Assembly (NCBI GenBank): GCA_942492995.1
Contig: OW818653.1
Span: 840,001 to 872,000 of the forward strand
From: an uncultured Erysipelotrichaceae bacterium
GTDB taxonomy: Bacteria > Bacillota_I > Bacilli_A > Erysipelotrichales > Erysipelotrichaceae
DNA: 32,000 nucleotides
Reading direction: 5' to 3'
Made by a program: the position numbers and the translations under genes. Below, piece by piece: positions 27,044-32,000 of the stretch (position 1 is its first letter; each line of letters begins with the position of its first letter). The notes below the pieces were generated by a model, which was given only the letters and a program-made list of their open reading frames with translations, did not search any database and had not been told where the DNA came from.

Positions 27044-27545
27044 ATGTGTTAATTGCGGATCAAATTCCATTTTACCCGTAGAATATGGCACACCCAATGA
27101 AGAGTTGATTTCAAATATCGAAAAAGGTCAAATCTTACATGGCGGATGTGCAATTCAAGGGCTTATGCAAGCACACTACTGTACCGAGTGTGATACCCGT
27201 TTTGATATGCAATGTACAGAAGAGTTTTTGAATCATATTAAAGCTCTTACGTATAGTACTAAAGATATGTTAGTGACCATTTATTTCCATATCGATCATT
27301 TAACAGTACACGCAAAATATGTAGAGAAAGAAATCCCCTTTTTTGTCGAATTAAAGGAAGCTTTTAAACATACTGCCTTAGAGTTCTGGAATGAAAATAA
27401 TGGCAATGTATGGCAAATGGATATTGATTGTCCTGGTTACTTTAAAGATTCAATTCATTTGAGTGGTACAGAGTTTAGACCCTACACCTTTCATAAATTC
27501 AATGAATTCTTAACCTTATTATTAAACTATAAACAAGGAGACTAA
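27030..27545 (+). CDS. hypothetical protein with an N-terminal CxxC...CxxC zinc-ribbon
   Basis: 171 aa. CVNCGS...CTECD. Overlaps ltaE by 14 nt. No clear SD. Confidence 0.5.
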   Translation: MLKTECVNCGSNSILPVEYGTPNEELISNIEKGQILHGGCAIQGLMQAHYCTECDTRFDMQCTEEFLNHIKALTYSTKDMLVTIYFHIDHLTVHAKYVEKEIPFFVELKEAFKHTALEFWNENNGNVWQMDIDCPGYFKDSIHLSGTEFRPYTFHKFNEFLTLLLNYKQGD

Positions 27546-27547
27546 TT

Positions 27548-28267
27548 ATGTCACATTGTACAAACCTACCGCTGAATTATTCTAAGACTGACTTACCGAA
27601 TATCTTAAATGTATCGGTTATTTGGGATGATAATGATTTAATTCTGGTGGATTGTGGAAATCCAAACTCCGTTGAATTATTACAAGAAGCGCTTAAATGG
27701 AATGGACTTTCACTCAATAAACTGACTAAGATTATTATCACGCATCATGACTATGATCATTATGGTTCTTTAGCTGAAATAATCGAGAAGTATCCAACTG
27801 TTAAAGTCTATGCGACTGCAGTTGAAGCTGAATATCTCAATGGATCAAAACGTTCTCTTCGATTAGTTCAAGCTGAAACACTCTTTCCTACCCTTCAAGA
27901 TAATCAACGTGAACAAGCAATTGCGTTTCATAAGAAAATTGAATCCATTACCCCTGTTCAAGTGGATGGAATCTTAGAACTTGATGAAGATCTTCCATGG
28001 TGTGGTGGCATTACCATTGTATCAACACCAGGTCATATGCCAGGTCACATTTCGGTGTATCATAAACCAACCAAAACCATGATTACAGGTGATGCGATGG
28101 TTGTGGAACATGGTAAATTAGAAACTGCAAATCCTCGTTATACCTTAGATAATGACAGTGCCTATACATCCATGAAAAAGTTCTTGAAGTATGACATTGA
28201 ACGTTTGATCTGTTATCACGGTGGTGTCGTAACACAAGATATTCAATCATTAATTGAAGCATTATAA
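27548..28267 (+). CDS. MBL-fold metallo-hydrolase
   Basis: 239 aa. HxHxDH motif ITHHDYDHYGS, later TPGHMPGH and a GD...H motif. SD AAGGAG 7 nt upstream. Confidence 0.85.
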   Translation: MSHCTNLPLNYSKTDLPNILNVSVIWDDNDLILVDCGNPNSVELLQEALKWNGLSLNKLTKIIITHHDYDHYGSLAEIIEKYPTVKVYATAVEAEYLNGSKRSLRLVQAETLFPTLQDNQREQAIAFHKKIESITPVQVDGILELDEDLPWCGGITIVSTPGHMPGHISVYHKPTKTMITGDAMVVEHGKLETANPRYTLDNDSAYTSMKKFLKYDIERLICYHGGVVTQDIQSLIEAL

Positions 28268-28291
28268 GCGAACCCTGTGTTCGCTTTTTTT
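28267..28291 (+). terminator. intrinsic terminator after the MBL hydrolase gene
   Basis: AGCGAAC-CCTGT-GTTCGCT followed by T7, starting at the last base of the stop codon. Confidence 0.75.
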
Positions 28292-28324
28292 ATGCTAGAA
28301 TATTTTAATAAGGAGTTTGAACTT

Positions 28325-29071
28325 ATGCTCATAAAAGAATTTGGCGATATTAATAAACCCACGTTGTGTTTACTTCATGGTGGTGGATTATCTTGGTGGT
28401 CTTCTCAACCTATTATTGATTTATTGAAGAATGATTATCATATCCTATGTCCAATCATTGAAGGACATGGTGAAGCAGGTCATGAAGAATTTACAACAAT
28501 TGAAGATTCCGCAGCTCACTTAATTGAATACTTAGATCAACACTATAATGGTCATATTCATTTAATTGCGGGTTTATCCATTGGGGCACAAATTGTCTTA
28601 GAAGTTATCTCTCAGCGTCCTAATATTGCGGATAAAGTGATTATTGAAAGTGCATTAGTATACCCAATTCCAGGGACTAAATTATTAGTTGGACCAAGTT
28701 TTAAACTCTTCTATGGTTTGATTAAACAACGTTGGTTCGCTAAACTACAAGCCAAGACATTGTTTGTGTCAGATGATATGTTTGAAACCTATTATCAAGA
28801 TAGTTTACATATGACATGTAATTCATTGGTTAATATGAGTAATAGTAATGGCACCTATCAATTAAAAGATACACTTAATAAAGTAAGTGTCCCTGTTTTG
28901 ATCATAGTCGGTCAAAAAGAAATCGGACTCATGAAGAAATCAGCAGATCTTCTTCATACAAAACTATCTAATAGTAAACTTGTTGTTTTACCAAACTTTG
29001 GTCACGGAGAATTAAGTCTTGTGCATCCTAAACAATATGTAGAAATGTTATTAGATTTATTAAAGAATTAA
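28325..29071 (+). CDS. alpha/beta-fold hydrolase
   Basis: Oxyanion-hole segment LLHGGG and nucleophile-elbow-like GLSIGAQ; C-terminal FGHGEL may supply the catalytic His. Preferred start is ATG 28325, after AAGGAG. The ORF-track GTG 28277 start would read through the terminator hairpin. Confidence 0.75.
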   Translation: MLIKEFGDINKPTLCLLHGGGLSWWSSQPIIDLLKNDYHILCPIIEGHGEAGHEEFTTIEDSAAHLIEYLDQHYNGHIHLIAGLSIGAQIVLEVISQRPNIADKVIIESALVYPIPGTKLLVGPSFKLFYGLIKQRWFAKLQAKTLFVSDDMFETYYQDSLHMTCNSLVNMSNSNGTYQLKDTLNKVSVPVLIIVGQKEIGLMKKSADLLHTKLSNSKLVVLPNFGHGELSLVHPKQYVEMLLDLLKN

Positions 29072-29210
29072 TTCAATTTCGGGGGAAATCATACTTAAAA
29101 ACTACAATGTAAAATTACTAATCTTTTCGTTTATTCCTTTTATCGTTTGGTTAATTCGAGCATTTACGGGTAATGTATCTATAACATTTAACACCGTATT
29201 ATTTGGAATA

Positions 29211-29432
29211 GTGTTTCTACTACTTTGTCTAACTACAGCGTATAAACATAATTACGCTCGTTTTATAGCACTTATCTCATTAGCGATTATTGTGTATGTA
29301 CTTTATCAAGAAGGTTTAAGCAATGATATGTTTGGTAGCTTATATCCAATATTTCTAATAGTATTTTCAATGTATTACATAATTATGAATTTTTACATAT
29401 ACAAAAATAAAAAGGAATTCCTTTTTATTTAG
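29211..29432 (+). CDS. small hydrophobic membrane protein; the true start may lie upstream
   Basis: 73-aa ORF from GTG with 2 TM-like segments. The same frame is open back to 29064 and encodes a further TM-like segment. See the finding on a possible non-canonical start. Confidence 0.45.
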   Translation: MFLLLCLTTAYKHNYARFIALISLAIIVYVLYQEGLSNDMFGSLYPIFLIVFSMYYIIMNFYIYKNKKEFLFI

Positions 29433-29461
29433 TATATTTTATAAATGTTTACTATTATGTT

Positions 29462-29893
29462 TTATTCTTTATATTCAATTGATCCACTTTCATCTTTTGC
29501 TCTATTATAATTATTTGCCGCAATGAATCTTACTTGTTCAATTAATTTTGAATGATCAACAATTTTTAAATTGTCGAATGATTCATAATAATTTAATAAT
29601 ATTTTTTCAAGGTTTCTATATTCATCTCTACTTGAATTAAAAAGTAATAGTAACTTAAAATAACTTGCTTCAAACAATTTCCGATTTTGACTGTTTGGTT
29701 CTAACGCATATGTAGTAAATAACTCAACTGATGCATGTCTTAAATCGTCATTCCACTTTAATCTATTTCTGGTAATAACATCAGAAAACGTCGCTCTTTT
29801 TGATTGTCTAAAATTCAAGAAAGATAAGATTGCTGCCAAAAATGATGCAAAAATAGTTAAACCACTAAAAATCAAATCGATTGTTAATTCCAC
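29462..29893 (-). CDS. hypothetical protein with an N-terminal TM helix
   Basis: 143 aa. The N-terminus LIFSGLTIFASFLAAILSFLNF is hydrophobic and the rest is helical and charged. Extremely AT-rich, with no recognised motif. Confidence 0.5.
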   Translation of the reverse strand: MELTIDLIFSGLTIFASFLAAILSFLNFRQSKRATFSDVITRNRLKWNDDLRHASVELFTTYALEPNSQNRKLFEASYFKLLLLFNSSRDEYRNLEKILLNYYESFDNLKIVDHSKLIEQVRFIAANNYNRAKDESGSIEYKE

Positions 29894-30061
29894 ACTTTTC
29901 CCCCGTATTTATATTTTAATACTATTACATTAAATCAAATATCTATTTAAGTTACAATTTTTTCTGTTAAATAGTAATATTTTTGTTTTATTAAATAAAC
30001 TAAATTGAATTTACTGATTCAATTCATGCTATTATCGTAATTATTTTAGACTTAACTACTA

Positions 30062-30084
30062 AATAAAAAGAGGTTACCCTCTTT
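30062..30084 (-). terminator. intrinsic terminator after the HTH-S24 repressor gene
   Basis: The minus strand has AAAGAGG-GTAA-CCTCTTT followed by TTATTT. The stem overlaps the stop codon. Confidence 0.6.
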
Positions 30085-30679
30085 ATTTAAATCGTATCTT
30101 ACTATGTATTACTTCTCCAATAACTTGGATATTTTTTTCATCAATCTCTTTTTCACTAAATACCATATCTTCATACTTAGGATTCTCAGGATGTAAGACT
30201 AATCCATTATCTTTATAATAGACTCTCTTAAGAGTTGCCTCATCCCCTACCAACACAACCGCAATCGTACCTGATGTCACAACTGGTTGTCTTTTCACAT
30301 ACACTAAATCACCTGGAAAGATACGTGCATTAATCATCGAATCCCCAATAACTTCAAGATAGAAATACTCTCCCCCTAGACTCTCTTCTACAGGAACTAA
30401 CTCTTGACCTAACCATTCATCTTGAGCTAAACGTAATGAACCACCTCGAACTGTCCCAAGGATTGGAATCGCAATCTTTTCACTTTCACTTAATAGATCT
30501 TCTAAGCTTACACCAAAAAACTCTGCTAAAAGCTTCATTGTTTTAGCAGGTGGAGTGGATGAACCATCTTCCCATTTCTGTATGGTTGTAAAGGATTTAT
30601 AGCCGAAGTGATCCGCTAAGTCTTGTTGGGATAAACCTCGATCTTTACGATATGTTTTAATTTTTGTCTGGAAGTCCAT
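30083..30679 (-). CDS. XRE-HTH / S24-peptidase (LexA/HdiR/CI-like) self-cleaving repressor
   Basis: 198 aa. N-terminal HTH LSQQDLADHFGYKSFTTIQKWEDG. C-terminal S24 domain with IPILGTVRGG, the nucleophile motif GDSM and the Lys motif TLKRV. Confidence 0.85.
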   Translation of the reverse strand: MDFQTKIKTYRKDRGLSQQDLADHFGYKSFTTIQKWEDGSSTPPAKTMKLLAEFFGVSLEDLLSESEKIAIPILGTVRGGSLRLAQDEWLGQELVPVEESLGGEYFYLEVIGDSMINARIFPGDLVYVKRQPVVTSGTIAVVLVGDEATLKRVYYKDNGLVLHPENPKYEDMVFSEKEIDEKNIQVIGEVIHSKIRFK

Positions 30680-30691
30680 ATTCTTACTCTT

Positions 30692-30751
30692 AGTATAAAA
30701 GATACTTGAATTATTTTCAAGTAAAACTTGTAACTTGAATATAATTCAAGT
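30692..30751. promoter_or_regulatory. divergent promoter region with two 19-bp palindromic operators
   Basis: ACTTGAA-TTATT-TTCAAGT (30704-30722) and ACTTGAAT-ATA-ATTCAAGT (30733-30751). Minus-strand promoter: TTGAAA-17 nt-TATACT (30692-30720). Plus-strand promoter: TTCAAG-18 nt-TATAAT (30716-30745). Both promoters overlap the palindromes. Confidence 0.65.
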
Positions 30752-30775
30752 AAAATGAGACTAAGGAGGAAAACC

Positions 30776-32000
30776 ATGGAACGAATCATATTTCATTGCG
30801 ATTTAAATAACTTTTATGCGTCTGTAGAATGCTTACATCATCCTGAATATCGTAATGTCCCATTAGCGGTTGGCGGTGATATTGAGAAACGTCATGGGAT
30901 TATCCTAGCGAAGAATCAATTAGCGAAGAAGACTGGGGTTAAGACAGGTGAAGCATTATGGCAAGCGATGCAGAAGTGTCCAAACCTAGTGATTGTTAAA
31001 CCGAATTTTTCACTGTATTTACGTTTCTCTAAGCTGGTGAAGAAAATATATGAAGATTATACGGATCAGATTGAATCGTTTGGGATTGATGAAGTTTGGT
31101 TGGATTTGACGCATAGTATTCACCTATTCAATCAAACACCGCATGAATTAGCGGATAGTATTCGGGAGAGAATTCAAAGAGAGGCTGGGATTACAGCTTC
31201 GATTGGGGTTAGTTTTAATAAAGTATTTGCGAAGTTAGGGTCTGATTATAAAAAACCGAATGCGACAACTGAGATAACACGTGAGAATATGCAAGATATT
31301 GTATATCCTTTACCAGTTGAAGATTTATTGTATGTTGGAAGAGCTACTACCGAGAAGTTACACACCCTTGGGATTTATACCATTGGGGATTGTGCGCAGT
31401 TTGATGTACAGGTTTTAAAGCGTCGTTTGGGTAAATGGGGCGATTATTTACATCGTTTTGCGAGTGGGCAAGATACAAGTCCTGTTTTAGTTCATCATTA
31501 TGAACCTCAGGTTAAATCGATTGGGAATAGTACGACAGCTCCAAAGGATTTAAAGAATATGGATGATGTACGGATTATTGCGTATATCTTGGCTGAGAGT
31601 GTTGCGGCAAGGTTGAAGGAAGCGCATTTAATGGCATTTACCGTTTCGATTGGTGTGAGGGATGTGAATCTACAGGGATTTACTCGTCAATACAAGATGG
31701 AACAGGCAACGAATTTGAGTGATACGATTGCGAAGATTGCGTTAGACTTGTTTTGTAAGAATGTAGACTTTAGTACTTCATTAAGAAGTATTGGGATTAA
31801 GGCGACGGATTTGATTATAGAACAGAAAGCTGAACAGCTTAATTTGTTTGAGGATCCGCGTAAGAAGGAAAAGAGTTTATCGTTGGAGACGACGATTGAG
31901 CAGATACGTGAGCGTTATGGTTTTAATTCTGTGCAGAGATTGTTAATGTTGGAAGATACGGTGTTGAGTGGCTTTAATCCTAAGCAGGAACATGTTATTT
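30776..32000 (+). CDS. Y-family DNA polymerase (UmuC/DinB/PolY-like), 3' end beyond the window
   Basis: AAGGAGG SD 5 nt upstream of the ATG. The N-terminus IFHCDLNNFYASVECLHHPEYRNVPLAVGG...IDEVWLDLT is the Y-family palm signature. The frame is open to position 32000. Confidence 0.9.
   Translation, partial: MERIIFHCDLNNFYASVECLHHPEYRNVPLAVGGDIEKRHGIILAKNQLAKKTGVKTGEALWQAMQKCPNLVIVKPNFSLYLRFSKLVKKIYEDYTDQIESFGIDEVWLDLTHSIHLFNQTPHELADSIRERIQREAGITASIGVSFNKVFAKLGSDYKKPNATTEITRENMQDIVYPLPVEDLLYVGRATTEKLHTLGIYTIGDCAQFDVQVLKRRLGKWGDYLHRFASGQDTSPVLVHHYEPQVKSIGNSTTAPKDLKNMDDVRIIAYILAESVAARLKEAHLMAFTVSIGVRDVNLQGFTRQYKMEQATNLSDTIAKIALDLFCKNVDFSTSLRSIGIKATDLIIEQKAEQLNLFEDPRKKEKSLSLETTIEQIRERYGFNSVQRLLMLEDTVLSGFNPKQEHVI

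Noticed and set aside
28277-28324. GTG-initiated 5' extension of the alpha/beta hydrolase ORF
   Set aside because: The extension would be translated through the terminator hairpin and T-run of the upstream gene. A proper AAGGAG SD precedes ATG 28325.
30680-30775. Canonical LexA Cheo box (GAAC-N4-GTTC) in the repressor/polymerase intergenic region
   Set aside because: It is not present. The only strong dyads are the ACTTGAA/TTCAAGT palindromes, which are reported as distinct operators.
1-32000. CRISPR arrays, tRNA/rRNA genes and tandem repeats
   Set aside because: The intergenic regions (for example 5682-5918, 7710-7933, 13388-13609, 17245-17570 and 29894-30082) are plain AT-rich spacers. 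They show no periodic repeats and no GC-rich cloverleaf-like segments.

Overview
Low-GC chromosomal segment that looks Firmicutes-like. It uses the standard genetic code: TGA ends the conserved guaB and ltaE genes. I saw no rRNA, tRNA, CRISPR array, integrase or transposase. Genes from 1 to 25.9 kb lie on the minus strand, followed by a plus-strand block (26.0-29.4 kb) and a divergent SOS-like pair at the right edge.

Contents in order:
1. A BglG/LicT-controlled PTS operon (278-5806). It has a RAT/terminator leader, two FAD-oxidoreductase-like genes where a phospho-glycosidase would normally sit, and an EIIBC gene broken by one in-frame TAA.
2. An XRE-HTH / DUF6273-like / PNPOx-like operon.
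3. A two-gene operon encoding a 139-aa protein and a 1638-aa HEAT-like giant with a DUF4132-type C-terminus. It is bracketed by intrinsic terminators.
4. RidA-family and YihY-family genes.
5. A very AT-rich three-gene insertion next to guaA: a HAD-phosphatase-like protein, an AbiJ/HEPN-like protein and an FRG-domain protein.
6. guaB-guaA, where the IMPDH lacks the CBS/Bateman subdomain.
7. An MFS / U32-pair (YrrN/YrrO-like) / TrmH-family methyltransferase operon.
8. ltaE, a zinc-ribbon protein, an MBL hydrolase and an alpha/beta hydrolase.
9. An HTH-S24 (LexA/HdiR-like) repressor divergent from a Y-family DNA polymerase, with twin 19-bp palindromic operators between them.

The best candidates for an undescribed system are the AT-rich island (15.0-18.9 kb) and the small-plus-giant operon (7.9-13.3 kb). 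All family assignments rest on motif recognition by eye. No database search was run.
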